Shown here piece after piece: positions 47,493 to 64,000 of a DNA stretch of 64,000 nucleotides. The translations under genes and the position numbers were made by a program. Each line of letters starts with the position of its first letter. Positions within the stretch are counted from its first letter, which is position 1. Below the pieces are notes generated by a model. That model was not told the DNA's origin, did no database searches, and saw nothing but the letters and a program-made list of their open reading frames with translations. The stretch is from the human T2T-CHM13v2.0 reference genome, Homo sapiens: NCBI RefSeq assembly GCF_009914755.1, contig NC_060929.1; one strand, given 5' to 3'.

Positions 47493-47931
47493 CTGTCATA
47501 TAATCAGCAGAGAAATGAAAAAAGATACTTTTCCCTTCTTTGTACAAATGGAGAGATTTTTTTTCTTGCATTGTAGTACTTTGGACCAAATAATTAAAGT
47601 AACTCCCTTGAGTTTGATGTGATGCACACCCAGGGAACTACTCTCATCCAGGACTCCCAGGGCACCGCTCCCACCCAGATAGGGAAGCAGTTTGATGTTC
47701 CGAGTGAACACAGCCTGGTTTCAAAGTATATTGTACTCTATTGCCACTTTACTTAGAGCAGTTCAGTGGAGTCCTTCAGTCAACTGGAAAAAATAATCAG
47801 TTTACCTGCCCTGTGAAACTCTCAGTTTCAGCTTTGCTATTTTATCATGGTTTACATTCTCTCATAGGTAAAATCTAGTTAGACTAAAGGACATCTTTAA
47901 AATTGTACAACAGTGGCCAGAGATGTCTAGC
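47493..47931 (-). pseudogene. Pseudo-exon: LDISGHCCTILKMSFSLTRFYL*ENVNHDKIAKLKLRVSQGR*TDYFFQLTEGLH*TALSKVAIEYNIL*NQAVFTRNIKLLPYLGG...
   Basis: Acceptor catcatctctttataAG and donor CAG|gtatct; one frame over more than 120 codons with 4 stops (3 TGA). Confidence 0.7.
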
Positions 47932-48211
47932 CTTATAAAGAGATGATGAGGATTTTTAATGACCATGTGAAGGCATATCTATGAAACAAAAAAATTTTCA
48001 GCACTAAGTGGCATAGTCAATTCCAGCCTAACTGCCTCAGACCTGAGCAGCCTGTTCCTGAGGGCCTGCCTATTTCCCACATGGAAGGCTTAGCTCTCCA
48101 TGTGCTATTAAGTGCTGGTGAGTCTGAGGACAAAGGAGTGGGAAGTAGAATTCACAGAGTTTGTGTATTCTCGTCCTTTATTTTTACTGAGTTGCAGATG
48201 GTTTCACTCAC

Positions 48212-48532
48212 CAGAAGGATCTTTTATGTTGCCAGCATTGGCTTTACAAGTTAAAGATGGGATAGAGAATAGGTCAGCAAGACACCTTAATTGCTTCATC
48301 TTTTTCCTCAGGTCAGCCTGTTCTGAATCAGACTCCATTCCCTTCTAACATAACTCATTTACGCACCCAACACTCTCCCAAGTAAGGCTAATCTTTTACT
48401 GGTTTTTCTTCTTACAACTGTGGGACACTGGATTTCAGCATCTGGAGGCTGTTAACTATTGGAATTATAGCCAGGAATATCTTACAGTTTCTAGTGGTTG
48501 TTATCTTTCTGCTCTGACATTGTTCAATTAGA
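48212..48532 (-). pseudogene. Pseudo-exon: LIEQCQSRK...GMESDSEQADLRKKMKQLRCLADLF...
   Basis: Consensus donor CTG|gtgagt; weak GAG acceptor; at least one frameshift. Confidence 0.55.
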
Positions 48533-48659
48533 CTCAGAGTGGATAAAGGATTATGAGAAAACATGTAGTGTGAAAATGCCTTAATTCTTATGTTCCCAAA
48601 TCACTGATGTTGGCAATTGTTTTTCCCTTTATTTTAATTTTTTTTAATAACTCTTTCAC

Positions 48660-48732
48660 CATACAGGGATGCTAGATTGAAAGTGCAACATTGCTGAGTC
48701 AATAAAACAGTTTTTTTTTCCAATTATCTCAT
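48660..48732 (-). pseudogene. Candidate small pseudo-exon: EIIGKKNCFIDSAMLHFQSSIPV
   Basis: Acceptor aattttcacAG and donor ATG|gtgaaa; exit phase 2 matches the 48532 exon. Confidence 0.45.
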
Positions 48733-49447
48733 CTGTGAAAATTCAGTTATCATAAATGTATTTGTCTTCTATAGATTAATTTTATGGATATTCAAAAAAT
48801 GTTTTTATTTGGAAAGAGTATGCCCAGAATGGAAAGTTCTTAGACAATATATAGTGATTGGATTCTGCTACAATACATGCATTTTTCTCACAAAGAACTG
48901 AATTTTGGAAGAGTTCTTTGATCAAACTCATAGAGCCAACTAAGGGTAGAGCCAAGACAAATTGTTTAAGTCAGAATTTTGTAACTTTCCTTATTATGAG
49001 AAAAACTTGGGGTTCTCATTAAAAAGAACTTTTTTTTTTTTCTGACTCCACGTCCACAGTGAGAGAATGTTCAGGAGAGAAAATCAGAAATCTACATTTG
49101 AAAAGTATCCCACTAACAGGTAGGTGATTCTTATGTGCACGCAAGTTTCAGGATTAATGGTTGATTTAAAAATCAGTAAAATGCATTCCAAGATATATAC
49201 ATTCTAGAAAGCAGACAAAATTAATTACAATTTCTTGAGAGGAGATATAAATGTTTGGACACTTAATCTGGCAAGATTAATTTGGCTACTTCATAAAGGT
49301 GTCTAAGCAGATACAATAAGCACAGTAGGAATGACAATTAGATAATGCAGTGGGTAAGTGTAGTTGTAATAAATTTTATTTCTTGTCTTATTTATTTATA
49401 TTTGCTATTTTGGAATTTACTATAATGTGTATTGTTGGAAAACTTAC

Positions 49448-49521
49448 CAGCAGGTGGTAGCACTGTTTAACAAATATACCCCAGATCACAAAGCAAGCCA
49501 TTGTGAATAATTTATTGGCTA
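49448..49521 (-). pseudogene. Candidate small pseudo-exon (74 bp)
   Basis: Consensus donor CTG|gtaagt and acceptor ctgctctAG; frame ambiguous. Confidence 0.5.
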
Positions 49522-49969
49522 CTAGAGCAGTAACATTCAAATATGTCAGAATATTGGATTGGGATTCAGAAAGCCTGACTCCTGGTCCCAGCTGTATTAC
49601 TTACTGGCCCAATCACTTTGGAAAGATAATTTAATCTTAGTGTTTAGATAACATTGTAAGTAAAATTGGGATAATAACTCTCTTGGCTTTTGTTGTTTAG
49701 GGTAGAAAAAGAAAATGATTTTGAAATCATGGGAGGGGTAGAATGCTAGGTAAATGCAAGCTATCATCTCTCCTTTTTCCCCCGCTACGTTTCTTGTTAT
49801 TCAGGCATATATTTTAAAATGTGACCCTATTAGCAGTAAAGGTGGCCATCACAGTGGAACTTAAAAGGACAGCACTCATAAATGTCAAATGACTTCCTGT
49901 TGCTCATGTGTTCAACTAATTTTTGACTTTTTTTTCAGTTTTGTTTTTTTCCCATGTATTCTAAGATAC

Positions 49970-50052
49970 CAAAACTTCGCATTTGTGGGGTCTGAGGAAA
50001 AGTAGTTCCAGCCTCTGAATGCATTTTCATACGCAAACATTGCTTGTCTAAC
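49970..50052 (-). pseudogene. Candidate small pseudo-exon: VRQAMFAYENAFRGWNYFSSDPTNAKF
   Basis: Acceptor gtgcacAG and donor TTG|gtatct; two frames are open. Confidence 0.45.
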
Positions 50053-50191
50053 CTGTGCACATTCGTGAATTAAAGAGGAAAACTCCAAGAGAACCCAAAT
50101 GGTAACTTCAAGGTGTTTTTACAGAAAAAAATAGCATCTATGTGCAGTAGCACATTTAAAATACAAAGAGCATAGTGAACTATTAGTTTAC

Positions 50192-50267
50192 CTTTACTGA
50201 ATCTTTGTTGTGTACAGAGAAGTATACAACCACTTAGAAGATTCAAAGATATAGAACCCAGGGGCTC
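50192..50267 (-). pseudogene. Candidate small pseudo-exon (76 bp)
   Basis: Acceptor tttttcatttttAG and donor AAG|gtaaac. Confidence 0.55.
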
Positions 50268-50309
50268 CTAAAAATGAAAAACTTTTCATTCTTTGCTGTA
50301 TTTTCATAT

Positions 50310-51370
50310 TTCATTCAGTAGATATTTATTGATAATGTTCAATACTCCAGGGACTTTGCTAGGTGCTGGGGATATAGGCTATGTAAGACATGCATAATTC
50401 TCAAAGTTGCAATTTTTCAGATCATCTATAAAAGCAAACAGATGTGGTATATAAGGCTAAAAATAAGAACCACGAATATCACTGGGTGACTATTTCAATT
50501 AAAGCCAACCTGGAGAAAGTTAACATGTGAGATGTGAATGGAAAGAAGAGAGATTCTAGTGGAGGATATGGTACCCACAGAGTGAGATGTATGATGTGGA
50601 GACAGTACAGCTTAATAGTTAAGAGTATGGGCTTTGGAGTCAAAATGATCTGGAATAAAGTAGTAACTCTGCTACTTGTAAATTGCATAATCTTTGGCAA
50701 GTTACTCTGATTTTTTTGTTTCTTAGTTTCCTCATCTGTAAAATGGATATGATAGTAGTTTCTATTTTATAGTTATTCTAAGAACTAAATCTGACAATTA
50801 GTGCACAGTAAATTCTAAATGTGGAAAAGCAAACAAATTTTCTTGAAACATAAGATATATAGAGAAGTTTTTATAAGGCACTGAATGTTAAACACGGAGG
50901 TTTGAATTTATTATAGCAGAAAATGGGAAGTATAGATGTTTACATAGAATAGAGGTGTCAGTGAAAAGATATTTAAAGGTGTTATAGCAGTTGTATAAAG
51001 GGTGTTTTAGAACAGACGGTGGATAAGGGTACGAAAAGGAGGGTCATCTTAAGAGTACAGATATGAGGAAATGTGAGCTTATACTTGGGTAAGGGATTTG
51101 GAAAGACTTGATGATGAATTGGATAGGAGATCAAGAGGGAGACAGGATTAAAAATTTATTCCAATAATGTGAGCCTGGGGAATTAAAGGGGATGGTTGTA
51201 TCTTTGGCAAAAATAAGAAGCAGTGTTTTATATGTGTGAAGAAAGCAAATATATTTATTCTCATGAGAAAGAGCCAGTAAAAGACACAAAGCACCAGGCA
51301 GAAGAGTCCAAAATCAAGACTGGATATTTCAGTTGAGAATAATCTGCCGAGTTTCAACATGGTCATTGAA
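50310..51370. mobile_element. L2 relics with an embedded MIR (about 50600-50815)
   Basis: cattcagtagatatttattg (L2 3' end); agtttcctcatctgtaaaatgg (MIR core). Confidence 0.7.
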
Positions 51371-51492
51371 ACCAGCTGCTATTGCGTGTTTGAAGGTAAT
51401 AGGGGAAAAATGGGAAAAAAAATCACATAAGTATATTCCAAGAAAGAATATCCTTGGGGCTGACAGAACATTTGAGAGAGTGATAAACTTAC

Positions 51493-51591
51493 AAGCTTAA
51501 TTCTGTTTTCATGAACTTGGAAGAGCAACTTCCTCTTGCTGTGCAGGGTTTTTCCCACATTCTTAAAGTCCCATCCTCCTTTAACAATGTC
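51493..51591 (-). pseudogene. Pseudo-exon (99 bp): DIVKGGWDFKNVGKTLHSKRKLLFQVHENRIKL (an alternative frame is also open)
   Basis: Acceptor ttcattcatttcaacacAG and donor CTT|gtaagt. Confidence 0.6.
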
Positions 51592-51679
51592 CTGTGTTGA
51601 AATGAATGAAAATTTCTGATGCTAACACATAACTAATTTCTGGCTGAGGTCACGTATAGTAATGTAAAATACCAGGTAC

Positions 51680-51875
51680 CTCATATTCTATTAAAGTAGG
51701 TTTGTCACGTAAAGAGAACAGAACTTCTTTCAGGAATAAGTTGGCCACCCATGAAACATGCGAAAACATGGGACAATAAAATTCCTGTCAGAGTCTCTGG
51801 GAAGATTTCCCTGAGATTCCATTCCCACAATTGTGTCAGGAAACTACTTCAATATTGTAATGATATGTCACACTT
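51680..51875 (-). pseudogene. Pseudo-exon (5'-most seen): ...FLTQLWEWNLREIFPETLTGILLSH/VSWVANLFLKEVLFSLRDKPTLIEYE
   Basis: Donor GAG|gtacct; frame restored by removing a 10-bp tandem duplication at 51751-51770; acceptor weak. Confidence 0.55.
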
Positions 51876-52002
51876 CTATTAGCATGCTTACCACATTGTG
51901 TTGATACTATCTTTTGAGATGGGGCTGTGAAACTGACTAAATGCTAAGGGGCCTAAAGACAATGGAAGTTACTTTTTATTTTTTTTGAAAAATTTGTTCT
52001 TT

Positions 52003-52308
52003 TTATTTTTTATTTATTTATTTATTTTTGAGATGGAGTCTCGCTCTGTTGCCCAGGCTGGAGTGCAGTGGCATGATCTTGGCTCGCTGCCACCTTCGCC
52101 TCCTGGGTTCAAGCGATTCTCCTGCCTCAGCCTCCTGAGTACCTGAGATTACAGGCACACGCCACCATGCCTGGCTAATTTTTCATTTTTGGTAGCGACA
52201 GGGTTTCACCATGTTGGCCAGGCTGGTCTTGGACTCCTGACTTGAAGTGATCTGCCCGTCTCAGCCTCCCAAAGTGCTGGGACTGCAGGCATGAGCCACC
52301 ATGCCAGC
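52003..52308 (-). mobile_element. AluS-type SINE
   Basis: Alu dimer with a (ttta)n tail. Confidence 0.92.
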
Positions 52309-53083
52309 CAAAGAAGTTATTTTTAAAATAGCATTATTGAGTTCTAATTTACATTCAAATATCACCAATTTTGACAAATATGCAGGCTAGTAACTGCTAT
52401 CATAATAATGATGTAGAACATTTCTATGACTAAAAAGTCATCTAGTGTGCCCCTTGGCAGTCAATCCCTACTCCCCAACTCTGGCCCCTAGCAATCCTTA
52501 TTCTATTTTCTGTTCCTGCGGTTACAACTTTTCTAGAGTTTCAGATAAGACACATCTATGTTGAATGTATTAGTAGTTTGTTACTTTTTCCTTTATTGAT
52601 TAAGCTGTATACTTTATTTGTAATTCATTAGTTTTTGCTAAATTCATTTGCCCAGGATCCAATACAGGATATCACATTATATTTAGTTGCTATGTCTTTT
52701 TATATTACTCCAGGCTATGACTGTTTCTCAATTTTTTTTTTATGACATTGACAGGAGGCATACTGGTCAAGTATTTTGGAGAAGGTCCTTCATTTTGTTT
52801 TCCTGATGATTTTCATATGGTTACACTGGGGATAAGGATTTTTTTTAGAATACAATCACAGAGATAAGGTACCATTCTCAACCTTGCTTATAAAGGGAAG
52901 ATCCCTATCAATGTGAATTCCCACTGATGGTGTTTACCTGATTGCCTGGCTAAGAGTGTTTGTCAGTTTTTGCCACTGAAAAGTCACATTTTCCCCCATT
53001 TCTACATTGTACTTTAGAAGCAAGTCACTAAGTGTAGCCCATATTTAAGGGTGGGGAATTATATCTCTTTTAAAAAGGAAGTA

Positions 53084-53666
53084 TGAAAGGAAAATAAATC
53101 TCAAAACCCCAAAATCAGTAAGCCAAAGGGAAAAGTCAAGCTGGGAACTGTGTCAGGCAAACCTACCTCCCATTTTATTACTAAATAAGATAGCTACAAT
53201 GATTAAAAAAAAGCTCCCTCACAATTTGCCCATGGGATATTCCTTGTGGAAAAAGGACAGAGAACTCAGTTATCCCTCTGCTCCCCTGAGACAAATGCAT
53301 CTCTGATTGCTTCCTCTGCCCTTCTGTTTCACTAAGACAGACTAAGGCATAAGTGACTATTTTTCTACCTCTCACATGTGAATTGTGTATTCAGTGAAAG
53401 GGTAATCAGAGGATCAAAAGGATGCAACCAATTGTCTTTTATCTACTTATGACCTGGAAGCCCTCTCCCCCACTTCAAGTTGTCCCACATTTCCAGACTG
53501 AATAAATGTACATCTTACATATATTGATCAATGCCTCATGTCTCCTTAAAACGTATAAAACCAATGTTAGGGCTTTTTGAGGCTGTGTCACGAGCATATT
53601 CTTAACCTTGGCAAAATAAACTTTCTAAACTGATTGAGCTCTGTCTCAGATACTTTTGGGTTCACA
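53084..53666 (+). mobile_element. MER4A-like solo LTR
   Basis: TG...CA ends, tgaaaggaaaataaatct start, AATAAA near the 3' end, flanked by gaagta on both sides. Confidence 0.85.
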
Positions 53667-54059
53667 GAAGTATAAGTAAATTGAGTTCTTGTGTACAGGA
53701 GATTTGTCTCTTCTCTCCTATTTGTTTAATCATTTCTTTGTATCAGAATGTATTCACACATATTTATATTTTGGGTTATCATCCAATACTATGTTATGTA
53801 TTTAATTGCTCAAATTTTTCCAGCTTTGGCAATTGAGAACTCTTTTTTTTTGATGAGAATGTGTTCAGTCTTTCACCAGTAATCAAGATATGAGTTGTAG
53901 ATATTTTGTAGATGTGCTTTATCATGTTGTAAAGGCTCTCTTCTATTTCTAATTTGCTGAGATATTTTATTTGGAGTAGATGTTAAGTTTTGTCAGATGC
54001 TTTTTGTGCATCAATTGAGATAGTCACGTGGCTTTTCTTTTTTAGTTTGCAAATATTAC

Positions 54060-54481
54060 TGATGCAGGATTTTTTACTCCATAGCTCAGCTAAAACCCAG
54101 GTTCTTGTCTCACAACCAGGAAAAACTAGGCACATGGACACATTGAAAGGTGAGGAGAGCAGAATTTATTAAAAAGAAGCTCTCAGCAAAAAAGAGGGGG
54201 TCAAAAAAAGGGGGTCCTGCCAACAGGCTCCCACCTCACAGATTTAATACTAGGCCACCACACATGAGCTGAAGAGGACTGGCTCCTCCCCACTGCATAA
54301 GATGCAAATTCCTGGTGGCTCCACCTCATTCTCCCAGTATGCAGGTGGGCCCTTAGTCTGAGCCACTCCATGTTGATTTACTTCCCTTACTGCAAATGTG
54401 TTAAGGGATGGAATTTTTCCCCATGGGCATGTTTAGGCTAGACCCTGTGCAGGTACCCTTATCTGCCTCCTGCATCTATCA
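54060..54481 (-). mobile_element. ERV1-class solo LTR (subfamily uncertain)
   Basis: TGAT...ATCA termini, near-TSD ttac/ttat, GC-richer block within an old L1M. Confidence 0.75.
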
Positions 54482-55219
54482 TTATGAATTACATTGACTT
54501 TTGAATGTTAAATCAGCCTGACATTACTGGGAACTGCACTTGGTTATGATTGTTATCTTTTTTTAAATATTGTTTGACTTTAAAGGCCAAAGTTGAAATT
54601 AGGATTTTTGGCATCTATGTTGGTGAGAGAGATTGGTCTGCCATTTTCTTATACTGCTTATCTGATGTTGGTATTGTGGCATCATAGAACAGGTTGGAAA
54701 GTATTTGCTTTTTTTACTTATTAAAAAAGATTTTGTGTATGATTGGTATTTATTCTTAACTGTTTAATAAGAGTTTACCCTTGAAGCAACCTAGGTATGG
54801 AATTTTCATTGTGGGAAGATTTTAAATTATAAGTTTTCATGTATGTATATGGCTATTCATGTAATCTCTTCATTTTTCTGAGCCTTTCTTGTATATATTT
54901 GTATATATTGTATATATCTTGTATATATTGAGTTAGATGAAACTCAAGAACATTTTCAGTTTCACATAACTTTTGTATTCATTTCCATGAAGATTTTTGT
55001 AACATTTCTTTATCCTTTTAATATCTGTAGCATCTGTATTGATGCCACATCTCTCCTTTCTGAATATTGGTAAATGTCTTTTTTTTCTTGTTCAGTCTGG
55101 CCAAATATTTATCATTTTCATTGAAATGTCAAAGAACTAGCTTTTGGTCTACTTGATTTTACTCTATTTTTTCTTTTGATTTCTATTCTATCAATTTTCT
55201 TAACTTCTGATCTTCATTT

Positions 55220-55900
55220 TGTAACTGCCCAATGGGTTCTCTTTGCCCGATGCCTAGACAGCAGGCAAGCTGTGTGGGAGATCAGATTTATTATTACTCA
55301 GATCAGTCTCCCTGGGCATTCAGGGATCCAGCATTTGGGGATTGGAGTTTGTAAAGTTAATTTGGTGGGTAGGGGCTCGGGGAGTGCTTGGTCAGGTTGG
55401 AGACAGACTCATAGGGGGTCGAAGTGAGGTTTTCTTGCTGTCTTCTGTTCCTGGGTGGGTTTGCAAACTGGTTGACCCAGATTACCAGTCTGGGTAGTGT
55501 CAGTTGATCCACTGAGTGTGGGGTCTGCAAAATACCTCAAGCACTGATCTTAGGTTTTACAATAGTGATATTATCCCAAAGAGCAATTTGGGGAGGTTCA
55601 GACTCTTGAAGCCAGAGATGGTATGACCTCTAAACCATAATTTCTAATCTTGTAGCTAATTTGTTAGTTCTGCAAAGGCAGACTGGTCCCCAGGCAAGAA
55701 GTGGGTCTTTTCAGGAAGGGGCTATTAGCATTTTGTTTTAGAGTTTAACCAGAAACTGAATTCCTTCCCAAGGTTAGTTCCACCTATGCCCAGGAATGAA
55801 CAAGGACCGCTTAAAGGTTAGAAGCAAGATGGAGTCAGTTAGGTCTGATCTCTTACACTGCCATAATTTCCTCAGTTACAATTTTTGCAAAGGTGGTTAC
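55220..55900 (-). mobile_element. LTR8-like solo LTR
   Basis: Minus strand starts TGTAACCACCTTTGCAAAAATT and contains GACTCCATCTTGCTTCTAACC. Confidence 0.85.
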
Positions 55901-57060
55901 AACTTTATAATCTTCCTAATTTCAACTTTATAATCTTCCTAATTTGCACTTAAGTGATTTTCTTTAGTGATTTCTGAAGTGATTTTTTAGCTTTCAGCTA
56001 AAGTCACTGATTTCAGATCTTCTTCTTTTCTAATATAGGCATTTAGTTCTATAAAATTTTCCTTAAGTAAAGCTTCAGCAGTATGTTACAAATTATGATA
56101 TGTTGTCTTTTCATTTTCATTAAGAGAAAAATACTTTCTAATCACCTTTTCGATTCCTTCTCTGATCTCTGAATTATTTATAAGTGTAATGTACTATATT
56201 GTTTACATACCATATGGCTTACCTACTATAAAATTATCATGTTTTTAAGTATAATTCCATGATTTTTAGCAAGTTTTCATAGGTATGAAACCATCACCAC
56301 CATTTAGATAACAACATTTCCATCACCACACAAAAAAAAATCCCAGATGTCCATTTGTAGCGGGTCCTGGTTCTCACTCCAAGCAGTTACTAGTGCATCT
56401 TGTCTCTATATAGTTGCATTTTCTGGGTTTTTCTTATCAATTAAAAACATATAATGTGTTATTTAGACATATTAATTTTTAAGATTTGTGGATTCCCAAA
56501 ATATCCTCTGTTGATTTGTAATTATGTGCTTTGTATGACAATGTTAATCCTTTTAAAGTTATTGAGGCATGTTTTATGGCCTACTATATGGTTTATTTTG
56601 GATTATGTTCCATATGCAACTGGAAGAATGTGCGTTTTGCTGTGTGATGGGTGGAGTGTTCTAGAGATATCAGTTAGGTCAGTGGGGTTGATACTGTTTT
56701 TCAAGTTTCTATATCCCCACTAATTTTCTGCCTAGTTTCTCTTTCTGTTATTAAGAGTGCAATATTGAAATAGCCAATCATTATTGTTGAGTACTTTATA
56801 TTTTCCTTCAATTCTGTCATATTTTTACTTCATGTATTTTGAGACTATGTTGTTACCTCCATATATGTTTGTATATTTTATATTTTCCTGTTGAATCAAT
56901 CATTTTATTATTATCAAATTTTCTTCTTTCTCCTAGGAGCAATTTTTTGGTCTGAAAGTGTGTTTCTTTTTTCTGTTATTGGTGTAGCCAGTCCATCTCT
57001 CTTTTGGATACTGCCTGCATGGTACAGTTTTCCTATTCTTTTACTTTTAGCCTCCTTGGT

Positions 57061-57427
57061 TGATATGGTTAGGCTTTGTGTCCATACCCCAATCTCATCT
57101 TGAATTGTAATCCCCATGTGTCAAGGCTGGGAACAGGTGGAGGTAATTAAATCATGGAGGGCATTTTATCCCATACTGTTCTAGTAATAGTGAGTTATTG
57201 CAAGATCTGATGGTTTTATAAGCATCTGGCATTTCTCCTGCTTGCATTCACTCTGTCCTGCCACCCTATGAAAAAGGTGCCTGCTTCTCCTTTGCTTTCT
57301 GCCATGATGTTAAGTTTCCTGAGGCCTCCTCAGCAATGCAGAACTGTAAGTCAATGAAACCCCTTTCCTTTATAAATTACCCAGTCTCAGGTATTTCTCC
57401 ATAGCAGTGTGAGAAAAGACTAATACA
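57061..57427 (+). mobile_element. THE1-type MaLR solo LTR
   Basis: tgatatggttaggctttgtgtcc ... ataaattacccagtctcagg ... gactaataca. Confidence 0.9.
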
Positions 57428-57783
57428 GTGTCATTTAAACTAAAGTTTATCTCTTGTGAATAGAATAGGATTGTATCATGGAGTGTTTTTTGTTGTTGTT
57501 GGTTGGTTGGTTAGGTTTTTTTTTAATGTCTATTTTGCCAGTCTCTACCTTTGGATTGGAGTATATGAACCATATTATATATAATGTAAATATTGATATG
57601 GTTAGATTTATATCAGCCATTTTGTTATTTGCAGTTTCTCTTTTATTCCTTTCTTTTGCTTTAAGTTTATCTATTTTAGAGTATCACATTAATTCTTTTT
57701 GTTTTCATTTTTAAAGTTATCTTCTCCATAGTTTTTTAAGGATTACTATATGTGTCTTATTTTTAAACAATCTGCTTAAGATT

Positions 57784-63500
<5,717 letters not shown>

Positions 63501-63518
63501 CTTAAGATTAATGCTAAT

Positions 63519-64000
63519 GAGGGAGGTAGAACAAAATGGCCAGATAGACTCCTCCAGTAATGTTTTTTCTCACAGGAACACCAGTTGAACAACTATTCAC
63601 ACAAGAAAGCTCCTTCACAAAAACCAAAAATCAGATGAGAGATCACAGTACCTGGCTTTATTATCAAGGAAAGAGGCAAAGAAGGGGGTAGAAAAGACAG
63701 TCTTCAATTAATGACACCCGACATCATCCCTCCACACCATGCAATCACTGCCACTGTCCCCCGGCAGTGGCTGCATGGTTTGGAGAGAGAATCTGTGTGC
63801 CTTGGGGAGGGAGAGTTCAGCAGTTGTGGAACTTTGCATTGGAACTCAGTGCTACCCATCAGAGCAGAAAACAACATGGACCAGAATTCTGCCTGTGCTC
63901 ATGGAGGAAGCATTTTAGACCAGCCCTAGCTAGAGAAGAATTGCCTAACCCAGTGGTCAGAACTTGATTTCTAGCTAGCCCCACCACCATGGGCTAAAGC
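63519..64000 (+). mobile_element. 5' end of an older L1 (L1M/L1PB-type 5'UTR) running off the window
   Basis: gggaggtagaacaaaatggcc start; caggaacacca..aacaactat..accaaaaatcagatgag motifs. Confidence 0.7.

Overview
AT-rich primate (human-like) genomic DNA dominated by interspersed repeats, with no intact protein-coding gene. It holds three long minus-strand L1s, several truncated L1s, six Alus, solo LTRs (LTR40-, MST-, MER50-, MER21-, MER4-, LTR8- and THE1-like), MER5 MITEs and MIR/L2 relics. The ORF track is mostly L1/Alu fragments and antisense shadows. Between the repeats, manual minus-strand translation shows about 15 AG/GT-bounded segments (about 3.1 kb, 51875 down to 350) with long protein-like frames, scattered nonsense codons and several phase-compatible junctions. 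This is most consistent with a decayed multi-exon (unitary-type) pseudogene that I cannot name. One of its introns contains a 2.5-kb retrocopy, inserted into a MER5A with TSD and poly(A), whose C-terminus resembles the SETD2 SRI domain. Smaller oddities: a perfect spacerless 82-bp palindrome, a probable gene-conversion tract between two L1s 34 kb apart, and a template-switch hairpin in an L1. Repeat subfamily calls and protein similarities come from recalled consensus sequences, and repeat boundaries are approximate.
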